DNA of 25,805 nucleotides from Spirochaetia bacterium (GCA_038204425.1 JBBRCZ010000022.1:1-25805); one strand, 5' to 3'. Counted from the stretch's first letter, positions 16,689 to 25,805 are shown. Notes: a model not told the origin generated them from the sequence alone. Numbers and translations: made by a program.

Positions 16689-19220
16689 ATGAAACTGGCA
16701 TACTCGGTCAATGGCGAAGGATTTGGTCACGCATCACGCATGGTGGGTCTAGTGCCGTCGCTAGAACGCTGGCACAGTATAGAGCTTTTTTTGCCTGCCA
16801 CAGTAAGCACCTTTGTTGCTAACAAGTTGCCCGGCAAGATAAGCCAGCTCATACCATCCTTTAATTTTTGTAAAAAGGGCGATCGTATACTCTACGCCAA
16901 AACGATTTGGATGGGTCTTATAAGTACAATCGCCACTCTAAAGGTTCTACCTAGCTTAGTTCGCTACTTAAAACGTGGAAAGTTTGACGGAGTTATTAGC
17001 GACTTTGAGCCAGTTATGGCTTGGGCTGGACGTTTGGCGGGACTTAGGGTGGTGCAGTTTAATCATCCGGGCATAGTGCTCAGGTACCCAAAAATTACTC
17101 CCAGCTCACTTATGGCTTCCATAGTCTCGTTGATGATGGAAGGACCATGGTCAGCTCGTTTGCATTGCAGTTTTTTTGGTGGCGACATTGGGCCCATTAT
17201 TCGCAAGACATTACGCAACTACAGCGTGAGCCAAGGCGACTATGTCGTGCTCAATCTCAAAGACGGCTATCGAGAGGCTGCTCTTGATACTTTGTCTGCC
17301 ATTTCCAAAAGCATGCCAAACCTCCACTGGAGAGTCTTCCCCAACCCCAACGAAGACTTTGAAGCCGCCCTTGCCGGGTGCCGTGCCGTTATAACAGCCG
17401 CTGGTCACCAGATGTTGTCTGAGGCCTTGGTCTTGGGCAAACCAGTTTTGGCATTGCCCCAACGCGGCCAAGATGAACAGCAGCTCAATGCCCGTATGTT
17501 AGAACGGTCTGGCCGAGGCATGACAGCCCAGCTATCTGATCTTGAGAAAGCCCTGCCAGTCTTTATTAATCGCTTGCCACAATTTGAGGCGGCGTTTCGA
17601 CAAGCGCCAAGCAAACACTTTTGTTTCAATGACTCAACTGATCAAGCAGTTTTTGCTATAACAAGAATGTTATTGCGCCGTCGAGAAAGAAAACAACAAG
17701 TTAGGTACATGGCGCCTACCGACATGGGCCTGCCCTTTGAGTCATGGCAACTCTTTGAGAGCGAGGGTATCGCCGCCGACCCCGATGTCTTTAGAGTTTG
17801 CGTTATCGGCTCGGGTTACGTCGGACTCTTGAGCTCTGCAGGTCTGGCGGACATTGGTCATCAATGTACTGGACTTGACCTAGATCACGATAAAGTCGCC
17901 TTGCTATCGCAAGGCAAGTCCCCTCTCTTTGAGCCAGACCTTGACCAAGTCCTCAGTCGAAACATTAAAGCAGGTCGCCTACGCTACACGTGTGATGCAG
18001 CTAGTGCACTCTCCGATGCCCAAGTGGTCTTTATTTGTGTTGGAACGCCTTCGGGCTCTCGCGGCCAAACTGATCTAAGTTATGTTATGGACGCAGCTAA
18101 GACTATCGCTTCGCACCTGCAAAGCAGCCGCCGCTTTCTAAGTGAGTCGCAACGTCAAGCTGACCCTTTACTAATTATACTTAAGTCCACGGTTCCGGTC
18201 GGCACTACTCGCCACTTAAACGAACTTATTGCCAAGTTGAGCTTCTTGCGTCCCGGCATCGACTTTGAAGTGGTAAACAATCCGGAGTTTCTGCGTGAAG
18301 GCAAGGCTGTGCATGACTTCTTTAGACCTTCGCGAACCGTAGTCGGTACAAGCTGCCTTTGGGCGCAAAAAATCGCTCAGCGACTATATCGTCCACTGTT
18401 CGATAGCAGCCGACCCTTGGTTTTTTGCGACAGCCAAAGCTCTGAGCTTGCAAAATATGCCTCCAATGCCATGCTGGCCAGCCGGATAAGTTTTGTTAAT
18501 GATTTGGCGCAACTGGCAGAGGTGAATGGTGCCAACATTGAAGAAGTGACCCATATTATGGGCCTGGACAGTCGCATTGGACCCGAATTTCTCAAACCGG
18601 GCCCTGGTTACGGCGGCAGCTGCTTTCCCAAAGACAATCGATCACTCCTGTTTGAGGCCGCCCGCGTCAATGTCGAACTACGGGTGGTACAAGCCTCGCA
18701 AGATGCCAACGAACATCACAAGCTGCGTCCCATCGCAAAGTTGCTCAACGCATATGGCTTTAAGCACGAGTCGCAGCTGGCAGGCCTGACTATTGGCATA
18801 CTTGGACTCGCCTTTAAGGCTGACACTGACGATGTGCGCGAGAGCTCTGCACTTGCAATCGTCGATAGACTAGTCAAACTCGGCTGCTCACTAAGGCTGC
18901 ATGACCCACAAGCTTCATCAAACTTTATGCGCCATTTTCCTGCTGATATTCCTGGTATTGCTTACTTTACCGACCCAATCCAAGCAGCCAAGCATTGTCA
19001 AGCTTTGCTTGTTCTCACCCCTTGGCACGTCTACCATATACTTGACTGGACACTTGTCGCCAAAGTTATGGATGGTAGCCTGCTTATTGATACCCGCAAT
19101 ATTATTGATCCAATGCTGGCAAGCGCGGCTGGTTTAGTATTGATAGAAAATGGCAAGCCAAAGCAGGCTCGCCAAGCAAGCATTCGGCAGAAAAGGCACA
19201 AAAATAAATCTAAGCTATGA
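16689..19220 (+). CDS. ugd: Fusion of a GT-B glycosyltransferase (MJ1255/VC2487-like, GT28-like C-terminus) and UDP-glucose 6-dehydrogenase
   Basis: N-terminal part: YSVNGEGFGHASR, VISDFEP, ITAAGHQMLSEALVLGKPVLALPQRGQDEQQLNA. From about 17790: VIGSGYVGL, ICVGTP, KSTVPVGT, PEFLREG, KYASNAMLASRISFVN, GYGGSCFPKD, GLAFKADTDDVRES. One continuous ORF. Confidence 0.9.
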   Translation: MKLAYSVNGEGFGHASRMVGLVPSLERWHSIELFLPATVSTFVANKLPGKISQLIPSFNFCKKGDRILYAKTIWMGLISTIATLKVLPSLVRYLKRGKFDGVISDFEPVMAWAGRLAGLRVVQFNHPGIVLRYPKITPSSLMASIVSLMMEGPWSARLHCSFFGGDIGPIIRKTLRNYSVSQGDYVVLNLKDGYREAALDTLSAISKSMPNLHWRVFPNPNEDFEAALAGCRAVITAAGHQMLSEALVLGKPVLALPQRGQDEQQLNARMLERSGRGMTAQLSDLEKALPVFINRLPQFEAAFRQAPSKHFCFNDSTDQAVFAITRMLLRRRERKQQVRYMAPTDMGLPFESWQLFESEGIAADPDVFRVCVIGSGYVGLLSSAGLADIGHQCTGLDLDHDKVALLSQGKSPLFEPDLDQVLSRNIKAGRLRYTCDAASALSDAQVVFICVGTPSGSRGQTDLSYVMDAAKTIASHLQSSRRFLSESQRQADPLLIILKSTVPVGTTRHLNELIAKLSFLRPGIDFEVVNNPEFLREGKAVHDFFRPSRTVVGTSCLWAQKIAQRLYRPLFDSSRPLVFCDSQSSELAKYASNAMLASRISFVNDLAQLAEVNGANIEEVTHIMGLDSRIGPEFLKPGPGYGGSCFPKDNRSLLFEAARVNVELRVVQASQDANEHHKLRPIAKLLNAYGFKHESQLAGLTIGILGLAFKADTDDVRESSALAIVDRLVKLGCSLRLHDPQASSNFMRHFPADIPGIAYFTDPIQAAKHCQALLVLTPWHVYHILDWTLVAKVMDGSLLIDTRNIIDPMLASAAGLVLIENGKPKQARQASIRQKRHKNKSKL

Positions 19221-20830
19221 ACCAAGAGCGTAAGACAGTATTTATATCACTGACCCTCTTGTTGATAGGTTTACTGGGATTTGTACATGCCATGCTGTTT
19301 GCGGGCTCCAACGGTACTGTTTTAGATCTTGTCTTCAACAACCTGGCACTTAGTGAGGAGTCAGCGAGTCAAACGACTCAAGAAATTTTTGGTGCCATAC
19401 TCGCGCAAAAAGAATCAGTGATTCAACGCATTGACAAACGCTTTTTATCCTTTGGCATTGACACTGCTCAGTTGCTTGGAGAGAGCTGGTGGCAAGAAGG
19501 CAAAAAAGACATTGCTAAACGTCAAGCATTTAATTTGCAACGACCGGCCTTGGATCTCTTAGTCAAAGGACTCTCACCTGCCTACTTTAGAGTGGGCGGA
19601 ACAGCTGCCGACGAGCTAAAGATTGATCGGCTCAAAAAATCCACCTGGGACTCGTTGTATAGTTTTACGCGCCGAAATAATCTCGATCTTGTTTTTACCC
19701 TTGGCGCCGGGCACCAGGCGAGAAACCAAGCCGGTCAACTTGACACCCAAGCACTGCAGGAGTTTTTTGCCTATACCAAACAGTCGGGCCAGAGCCCAAT
19801 GGTCTGGGAGTTTGGAAATGAGCTCAATGCCTATTGGGTTTTGTCAGGCCTAGATAAACAGATATCACCAGAGCGCTACGCTGATGACTTACGCAAGGTG
19901 AGCAAATTACTTAAATCTTCGCAGACGCCCGGGCTTCTGGCCAGCCAAGGAAGCGCGTTTTGGCCGCTGATAGGTGAGCCACTATCGTTCTTTTACGGAT
20001 ACACACCCCAGGTTTTGCAGCGCGCCGGCGATATAGTCGACATTGTCACCTGGCATTACTACCCGCAACAATCATTTCGCAGCCCCGTCGCCACCGTGCG
20101 AGCCAATCCTTACCGTCTATTGCAGCCTGCTCGCTTGGATGAAGTTGCACACTGGGCCACCAAGATGCGCACGTGGCGCGACGCCTGGGCTCCGGGCAAG
20201 CAGCTTTGGCTTGGAGAGACAGGTAATGCCCAGTCTGGCGGTGAACCTGGAGTTTCTGATCGCTTTGTCAGTAGCCTGTGGTGGTTAGATCAACTGGGCT
20301 TGATGGCAGCAAATGGCATGTCAGTGTTGGTCAGGCATACTTTAGCAGGCGGGGACTACGGCCTAATTGACGAAGAAAGCCTAGTGCCAAGGCCAGACTA
20401 TTGGGCTTCATTTTTGTGGAAACAAGTGATGGAAACAGAAGTCCTGTCGCCCACTTTTGTGCTGGCACAAAAGCAAGGGGCCAGCGCCGACGACCTATCG
20501 CAGCTGCGAGCGTACATGCACAAGTCTCGCCATGAGCACCCAAACTCAACGGCTTCCGAAGGTCAGGTCTCCACTCAGTTTAGCCTTTTGTTGATTAACA
20601 TCAGCCAAAATAAGCGCTATGTGCTAAACCTACCCCGTGCTAATCAATCCTCAGACTTGTCTATCTGGGTAGGCAGCGCGCCATCACTTAGCAGTCCACT
20701 TGCCTTCATTAATGGCCAAACACCCGCGATTTCTGGCAATCACTTGGCACCTATAACCCCAATTATTTCCACTAAGAGCACTTTAAGAGTCGAGCCGCTT
20801 AGTTATGTCTTTGTAGTCTGGCGGGAATAA
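19217..20830 (+). CDS. Membrane-anchored GH79 heparanase-like beta-glucuronidase
   Basis: N-terminal TM helix; FLSFGID, LSPAYFRVGGT, WEFGNE (acid/base), WLGET (nucleophile), WWLDQLG, GGDYGLID...PRPDYW. ATGA overlap with the upstream stop. Confidence 0.88.
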   Translation: MNQERKTVFISLTLLLIGLLGFVHAMLFAGSNGTVLDLVFNNLALSEESASQTTQEIFGAILAQKESVIQRIDKRFLSFGIDTAQLLGESWWQEGKKDIAKRQAFNLQRPALDLLVKGLSPAYFRVGGTAADELKIDRLKKSTWDSLYSFTRRNNLDLVFTLGAGHQARNQAGQLDTQALQEFFAYTKQSGQSPMVWEFGNELNAYWVLSGLDKQISPERYADDLRKVSKLLKSSQTPGLLASQGSAFWPLIGEPLSFFYGYTPQVLQRAGDIVDIVTWHYYPQQSFRSPVATVRANPYRLLQPARLDEVAHWATKMRTWRDAWAPGKQLWLGETGNAQSGGEPGVSDRFVSSLWWLDQLGLMAANGMSVLVRHTLAGGDYGLIDEESLVPRPDYWASFLWKQVMETEVLSPTFVLAQKQGASADDLSQLRAYMHKSRHEHPNSTASEGQVSTQFSLLLINISQNKRYVLNLPRANQSSDLSIWVGSAPSLSSPLAFINGQTPAISGNHLAPITPIISTKSTLRVEPLSYVFVVWRE

Positions 20831-20908
20831 ACTCTCCACAAGCAACTAAAGCTTTCTAAAATTACTCCTGTCTTGTCTCGAGTGCCAAAGGCCTTGTATA
20901 TTTAAACT

Positions 20909-21340
20909 ATGGCTAAATACCCGCTTTCCTTCACTGCTCAAGCCCGCGCGTCGGGAGAGGGCGTCAACGGTACCTGGTCCAGTCAATCGGCTGGTCACGA
21001 ATTTAATCTCGCAATTCCCACAGAATTTGATGGCCCCGGTGGTGGCATAAGTCCAGAAGAGCTCTATGCCATGGCCTTGCTAAACTGCTTTATTGCTACG
21101 TTTAAGGTGATTGCTCAGCTTTCTAAACTCGAATACCAAGCAGTTGGTGGCGAGATTAGTATAGTTGTAGAACCCGGAGAAGACCGTGTTATTCGTGTTC
21201 CGCGAGCCCACATCAAAGCTTGGTTGCAAGGCGCTTCTACACCTGAGCGCGCGAGCCTACTTTTAGAAAAGGCGTCAAAGTCTTGCTTGATAATCAACTC
21301 AGTAAACACCGTCAAGACTTTTGAGTTTGAGTTGCGCTGA
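20909..21340 (+). CDS. OsmC/Ohr-family protein
   Basis: PTEFDGPGGGISPEELYAMALLNCFIATF...KSCLIINSV, with both family Cys residues. Confidence 0.85.
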   Translation: MAKYPLSFTAQARASGEGVNGTWSSQSAGHEFNLAIPTEFDGPGGGISPEELYAMALLNCFIATFKVIAQLSKLEYQAVGGEISIVVEPGEDRVIRVPRAHIKAWLQGASTPERASLLLEKASKSCLIINSVNTVKTFEFELR

Positions 21341-21377
21341 TGGTCTATGCCAACGAATTGTCAGGATTTTTGTGAGT

Positions 21378-22331
21378 ATGCCTCTACCCCTCAACGGGGA
21401 CAACACACCGAGCTTTATTTCGGAGCTCTTGTATCGTCTTAAAGTGAGAGACGTCATGACTCGTAGTCTCTTTACTGTTAACAAAGACCATTGCCTCAGA
21501 GACGCCCAAAACCTAATGAAGCAGAACACTATTACCGGCGTACCGGTTGTGGAGGGGCATAGACTCTTGGGTATCGTCAGCATGGACGACATTATTAGAG
21601 CGCTTGATCTTGGCAACATAGACCACAAAGTAGACAAGCATATGACCCGAAATGTCACGGTTCTCGAGGATGACATGCCTTTGGCCTTTGCCCTTAGCTA
21701 CATGGAGAAGTATCACTTTGGTCGCTTTCCCGTTCTTGACAAAACAGGCGAGCTGGTCGGCATCATCACCAGCCGTGACATAATCTTGCACCTGCTAATT
21801 GCAATGAACCACGAAATGGAAATTATGGAAGAAAAGCTCAAAGTGCCTGAGTCGCCTGAGCAAACACAAGTTGCAGAACCAACAATTGGCATTGTAAAAA
21901 AAGAATTTGTAAACCGAAAGTTTGACTTTGAAAACGCCGGTCGACCAAGTTCAGAAATTAAAAAGCTTTGCGTGGCCGCCAAGGTGGACTCAAAGACCAT
22001 CCGTCGCATCGCCGTTGCTAGTTATGAGCTAGAGATGAACCAAGTGATCCACTCCAATGGCGGTAGCATCGCTTTTGAAATGGGGCCGTCTCAAGCGCGT
22101 TTGATTGCGGCTGACTGCGGCCCTGGTATTGAAGACTTAGAGGCGGCTTTGCGTGAGGGTTTTTCTACTGCAACCGAATGGGTTAGAAGTCTCGGTTTTG
22201 GTGCAGGCATGGGACTACCCAATACCAAGCGCGTGAGTGACAGCTTTAGCATAGAGTCCAGTCTGCCCAAGGGCACTACCGTTACATGTTCTTTTAATCT
22301 CAGCCCACGAGGAGAACAGGATGTTTCTTAG
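21378..22331 (+). CDS. Tandem CBS domains fused to an RsbT/RsbW-like HATPase_c Ser/Thr kinase (anti-sigma-type)
   Basis: KVRDVMT...TGVPVV...LLGIVSMDDI...HMTRNV...GRFPVLD...LVGIITSRDI; DFENAGRPSSEIKK, YELEMNQVIH, DCGPGI, EGFSTA, GFGAGMGLPN. ATG at 21378 preferred. Confidence 0.88.
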   Translation: MPLPLNGDNTPSFISELLYRLKVRDVMTRSLFTVNKDHCLRDAQNLMKQNTITGVPVVEGHRLLGIVSMDDIIRALDLGNIDHKVDKHMTRNVTVLEDDMPLAFALSYMEKYHFGRFPVLDKTGELVGIITSRDIILHLLIAMNHEMEIMEEKLKVPESPEQTQVAEPTIGIVKKEFVNRKFDFENAGRPSSEIKKLCVAAKVDSKTIRRIAVASYELEMNQVIHSNGGSIAFEMGPSQARLIAADCGPGIEDLEAALREGFSTATEWVRSLGFGAGMGLPNTKRVSDSFSIESSLPKGTTVTCSFNLSPRGEQDVS

Positions 22332-22653
22332 TACCATCGTTGGCCGGCTTTTGCTTGATAGTTGTTGGCAAGCTTGGGATGACCGGCACGTTTCTCATGC
22401 TTACACTTCAGACCTCTTAAGTGATGTAATGGCTAACGCCCAAGAAGGACAAGCTCTAATCACTATCCAAGCTCACAAAAATACCGTCGCCGTAGCGTCC
22501 CTCTTTGGAGCTTCATGTATCATCATTTGTAACCAAAGAGCAATTCCGGACGATATGATAGCCGCCGCCAAGGCAGAAAACATACCGCTGTTTGTCACCA
22601 AAATGAACCAATACACGGTCTCGGCCAAGGTCTACATGCTCATGGAGTCTTGA
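22321..22653 (+). CDS. DRTGG-domain protein
   Basis: YTSDLLSDVMA...LITIQAHKNTVAVASL...IIIC...MIAAAKAENIPL. GGAG RBS. Confidence 0.8.
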   Translation: MFLSTIVGRLLLDSCWQAWDDRHVSHAYTSDLLSDVMANAQEGQALITIQAHKNTVAVASLFGASCIIICNQRAIPDDMIAAAKAENIPLFVTKMNQYTVSAKVYMLMES

Positions 22654-23390
22654 TGGCACTTTTTCGCGCCGACTTGCACATGCATTCATGCCTGAGTCCC
22701 TGCGCAAGCATAGACAGCTCACCGCGGGCCATGGCAAAAGCGGCACGCTTGGCAGGGCTGAATTTGGTGGCCTTAACCGACCACAACTTGGCTCGCAACT
22801 GCCCTGCCTTTGAAAGTGCATGCCACTACGAGGGACTCACCGCCGTCTTTGGCGTAGAAGTAACTTGTGCTGAAGAAGCCCACTGCTTAGCACTCTTCCC
22901 CACTGCGCCAGAAGCACTGGATTTTGGCGAATACTGTTACGATCACCTTGCTAAGGTAGTAAATAAAGCAGACAAGTTTGGCGACCAAATCTGGGTTAAC
23001 GAGGATGAAGAAATTGAAGGCGAGGCAGAGTACTTGCTCATCAATGCCACCGATCTGTCATTGAGCGACCTCGGCGTGCAGGTTTACCAACGCGGCGGGC
23101 TCTTTATTCCGGCGCATGTTGACCGAAGCAGCATGAGTCTTGTAAGCCAACTTGGCTGTGTTCCGCCTGGCAACTATCATGCGCTTGAGCTATATTTGCC
23201 GCAAACCCGAGCAGCGGACCTTGGACTAAGCATAGAAGAATGCCCAGTATTTATATGCAATAGTGACGCGCATTTTTCAGAAGATGTCGGCAAACGCCAT
23301 TTCTGTTTTGAAGCACAAACGCTGGGTTTTGACGGACTAAGGAAGGCGTTGCTCTCGGCCCAGATTGAACGTCACTATCGACGCCCCTGA
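22653..23390 (+). CDS. PHP-domain phosphoesterase
   Basis: DLHMHSCLSPC, ALTDHN, GVEVTCAEEAH, IPAHVDR, NSDAH. TGATG coupling with the DRTGG gene. Confidence 0.88.
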   Translation: MALFRADLHMHSCLSPCASIDSSPRAMAKAARLAGLNLVALTDHNLARNCPAFESACHYEGLTAVFGVEVTCAEEAHCLALFPTAPEALDFGEYCYDHLAKVVNKADKFGDQIWVNEDEEIEGEAEYLLINATDLSLSDLGVQVYQRGGLFIPAHVDRSSMSLVSQLGCVPPGNYHALELYLPQTRAADLGLSIEECPVFICNSDAHFSEDVGKRHFCFEAQTLGFDGLRKALLSAQIERHYRRP

Positions 23391-23460
23391 AGCAGGGCAA
23401 GCTAGTCCAATGCACAATTGATAGCATTGAACAAGCCGGCCCCTCAACCATACTAGATGT

Positions 23461-24387
23461 CTAGTAAGAAAGGGTCTGTTTAAACACCGTTACAGGTGTC
23501 TTGTCAGACGAAACTTTGTCAACCGCTGTCCATTCTTCACTGATGCGTTTGCCCGCGTCGTTAAAGACAGCACTGGCTACAAACTCAATATCAGTTGTGT
23601 TTTTATAAGTTCGTTGGTAGATCGTCTTGATCTGGCAAATCTGACCAGCGATAACTTTCCACTCGTACTCAAACGATATCTTGCTTCCCAATAAAGAATT
23701 GGCTAGTCGCCCATATGAATTCAACAGCCCAAGTCCGTTAGGATAAGACTTATTGACGCCAAGCGCAAACTTTGCATCAGAGAAATCGTATTTTTTGAGA
23801 ACTACGTTGTCAAAGCCAAGGCTCAGAATATTTTCAGCATTATGTCCAATACCTGTCTCAATAACGAAGCGTTCATCGGATGCAAACGCCACTGGATAGT
23901 TTCCCAAACTTATGTCCCAGTTGTAAACTAAAGTACCGAGAATTAGGTTGTATTCTTGGGAAGTAAAACGACGATTTTTTGTCGGCTGGAGGACTAGACC
24001 TTTGTTTTGCACCGGCAAGATTTCATACTCAAGCTCCAGATAAGCTTCATCATTGACCAATAGTTTACTAGGCACCAAGGCGGTACCAAGCAGCTTGTAT
24101 TGAGTCTCCCAGATTATGAAGTTTTTTTGGTCCTCAGAACTGTTAAAATAGACGGTTTGTTTATGGTTGAGCAAGTTACCTTTGCTGTCATACACAAACT
24201 CATCGTCAAAGGTATTGCTTGGTGCCGATTCACCAAACTTCAATGCTGACTGATTAGAACTTTGGATAGCTTTACCTTCCGTCTCATAACCAACATATCC
24301 CGTGGGCCCACGATACTTGATCGCACAACTACCCAATGCGAGCATAGCCACTAGGGCTACTAGTCCTTGCACCACTTTTGATTTCAT
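23461..24387 (-). CDS. Lipoprotein of unknown function
   Basis: MKSKVVQGLVALVAMLALGS/C lipobox; AAGGAG RBS. No family recognised. Confidence 0.75.
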   Translation of the reverse strand: MKSKVVQGLVALVAMLALGSCAIKYRGPTGYVGYETEGKAIQSSNQSALKFGESAPSNTFDDEFVYDSKGNLLNHKQTVYFNSSEDQKNFIIWETQYKLLGTALVPSKLLVNDEAYLELEYEILPVQNKGLVLQPTKNRRFTSQEYNLILGTLVYNWDISLGNYPVAFASDERFVIETGIGHNAENILSLGFDNVVLKKYDFSDAKFALGVNKSYPNGLGLLNSYGRLANSLLGSKISFEYEWKVIAGQICQIKTIYQRTYKNTTDIEFVASAVFNDAGKRISEEWTAVDKVSSDKTPVTVFKQTLSY

Positions 24388-24417
24388 AGAAGCTCCTTTT
24401 TTATAAGAACGTCGTTG

Positions 24418-25542
24418 TTATCTGCCCAGAGGCAGTACTATCGACTGTTCAGATTCTTGGTTTAACGTTCTTTCCTCACTCAGCTCACGGTAGCCAATTA
24501 AGCGTGCTCTAATGCGAAGCTTGCGAGACTTATCACTTTCAAATTCAACAGGACTCTTGCCAACACTTGTGTTGTTGACCCAAAGTTCCGCTCCTGATGG
24601 CTGGGTATCAAGACGAACCTTGACTTTGTTTGATGCAATTGGGACAAGCTCATAGCTGACGCTTGGATCGACCGCTTTACCGGCTGGAATTTCCAGCGTT
24701 TTTTTTAGCGCTTCAAAACCATCTTTTTGGACAAGTATATGCAGCGTGCGGTTTTTTACTTGGTTGCTTAGTGGACTCAGTCCCTGATAATTTTCATTAA
24801 CAAAAACATGCGCCCCTTGGGGCACACTGTTTACCACAATATTAATTGGATTCTTGTTCAATTCAATAAAGTCACGTATGTTGCGTACCGGCAGAGCCAA
24901 GTTAAAATTGGCTCCCATGATCTTTGCAGTGACAATGCCAATTACTTGGCCATTTTTTGCAAAGATTGGTCCACCTGAATTGCCAGGATCGACGGCGGCA
25001 CTCAAGTCTAGCATGCTGCCCTGAGAAGTATAGTCTTGTAGCGCTTGGATAAAACCAGGTGTGGCCTTAAAGCTCTTGCCCAATGGGAAACCCGCAACCA
25101 AAATCTCACTCATTAGCTCCGGAGTCTCGCTATCACCCAAGACTACTATTGGGCTATAGGGACCCGCAAGTTTGAGAATAGCCAAATCACTGTCATATGA
25201 ATAGTGAACTATCTCAGCGCTGTAGATCTTGTCGGCTTCCTTTGAAAGCGGAAAATTCAATTTAAGCGTATTGCTGCTACTTGAATAAACTGATTCAACC
25301 ACATGAGCGTTGGTCATAACCAGCCCCGATGCATCAAAGACAAATCCACTTCCGCTACCAATCAAGTTGCCACTTTGAAGTACTTCGATCTTGGCAACTG
25401 CAGGGCCGGTGTTCTTAGTAACTTGCGACCAGCTTTGGGCTGCGATACTGACCACGGGCGCAAGGCACAATGTCACAAAAAAGAAAGCGGTCCGAATCTG
25501 GCCGTAATCCCGTTGAGCAAGCGTTTTCTTAATTGGTTTCAT
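24418..25542 (-). CDS. Exported trypsin-like (HtrA/S1C-type) serine protease with two C-terminal PEGA domains
   Basis: GSGSGF, TNAHV, DLAIL, PGNSGGP catalytic triad. PEGA-like repeats VNSVPQGAHVFVN...GLSP and LDTQPSGAELWVN...GKSP. Start uncertain (ATG at 25542 preferred over 25590). Confidence 0.88.
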   Translation of the reverse strand: MKPIKKTLAQRDYGQIRTAFFFVTLCLAPVVSIAAQSWSQVTKNTGPAVAKIEVLQSGNLIGSGSGFVFDASGLVMTNAHVVESVYSSSSNTLKLNFPLSKEADKIYSAEIVHYSYDSDLAILKLAGPYSPIVVLGDSETPELMSEILVAGFPLGKSFKATPGFIQALQDYTSQGSMLDLSAAVDPGNSGGPIFAKNGQVIGIVTAKIMGANFNLALPVRNIRDFIELNKNPINIVVNSVPQGAHVFVNENYQGLSPLSNQVKNRTLHILVQKDGFEALKKTLEIPAGKAVDPSVSYELVPIASNKVKVRLDTQPSGAELWVNNTSVGKSPVEFESDKSRKLRIRARLIGYRELSEERTLNQESEQSIVLPLGR

Positions 25543-25711
25543 ATGTTTTCCCAGAATGGCTCCTTTTATAAACCTGCATACAGCCGACAAGTGTGTGCGC
25601 CCATTAGTTTTGTACCGCTATTCTCGGCAATTTTGCGAATACCGTCAAGAACACAGTCAATCTGCCCATAAGTTGGAGATACTTGCTATTTTTCTGATAC
25701 TAAATTAGTTA

Positions 25712-25805
25712 TTGACATTTACCTATACTTGCCGTCTATAGTGACAAGATCTGTTGCACCGAACTAGTAGAGAAATCTACTCACGCAAAAAGGAATGACT
25801 ATGAT
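25712..25805 (+). promoter_or_regulatory. Possible promoter, RBS and start of a plus-strand gene running off the window
   Basis: TTGACA (25712-25717), 19 nt, TATAGT (25737-25742); the spacer is long. AAGGA near 25790 and in-frame ATGs at 25795 and 25801. Confidence 0.35.

Noticed and set aside
25712..25742. MerR-type promoter (19-bp spacer)
   Set aside because: No dyad symmetry in the spacer and no MerR gene in the window.
1..25805. CRISPR arrays, tRNA/rRNA genes, intact IS or prophage, anti-phage defence genes
   Set aside because: None seen. The intergenic gaps are short and mostly explained by promoters or terminators; small structured RNAs cannot be excluded without a covariance-model search.

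Overview
Bacterial chromosomal segment, probably from a spirochaete (inferred from the 'FAGGxxE'-type PhnD signal peptide, a lipobox lipoprotein and a PEGA-domain protease). About 20 kb appears devoted to phosphorus economy. (1) Minus strand: a complete phosphonate uptake / C-P lyase cluster, phnD-C-E-E / phnG-H-I-J-K-M-(hexapeptide acyltransferase)-L-(PHP phosphoesterase), with no phnF/N/O/P in the window. (2) Minus strand: a translationally coupled operon encoding a ribbon-helix-helix protein, a CHAD protein, an orphan ParA ATPase, a CYTH-NUDIX fusion and a ModF-like ATPase. Its strong sigma70 promoter is covered by 8-bp-period repeats. This is the best candidate for an undescribed system: ParA-driven positioning and turnover of polyphosphate granules. 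(3) Plus strand, divergent: a glycosyltransferase::UDP-glucose dehydrogenase fusion plus a membrane-anchored heparanase-like GH79. Three promoters (phnD, phnG, GT-Ugd) share an 11-bp-period Pho-box-like repeat at an identical distance from a -10-like hexamer. The right part holds an OsmC-family gene, a CBS::RsbT-like kinase / DRTGG / PHP cassette, a lipoprotein and a trypsin-like PEGA protease. All family calls come from motif recognition by eye; no searches were run.
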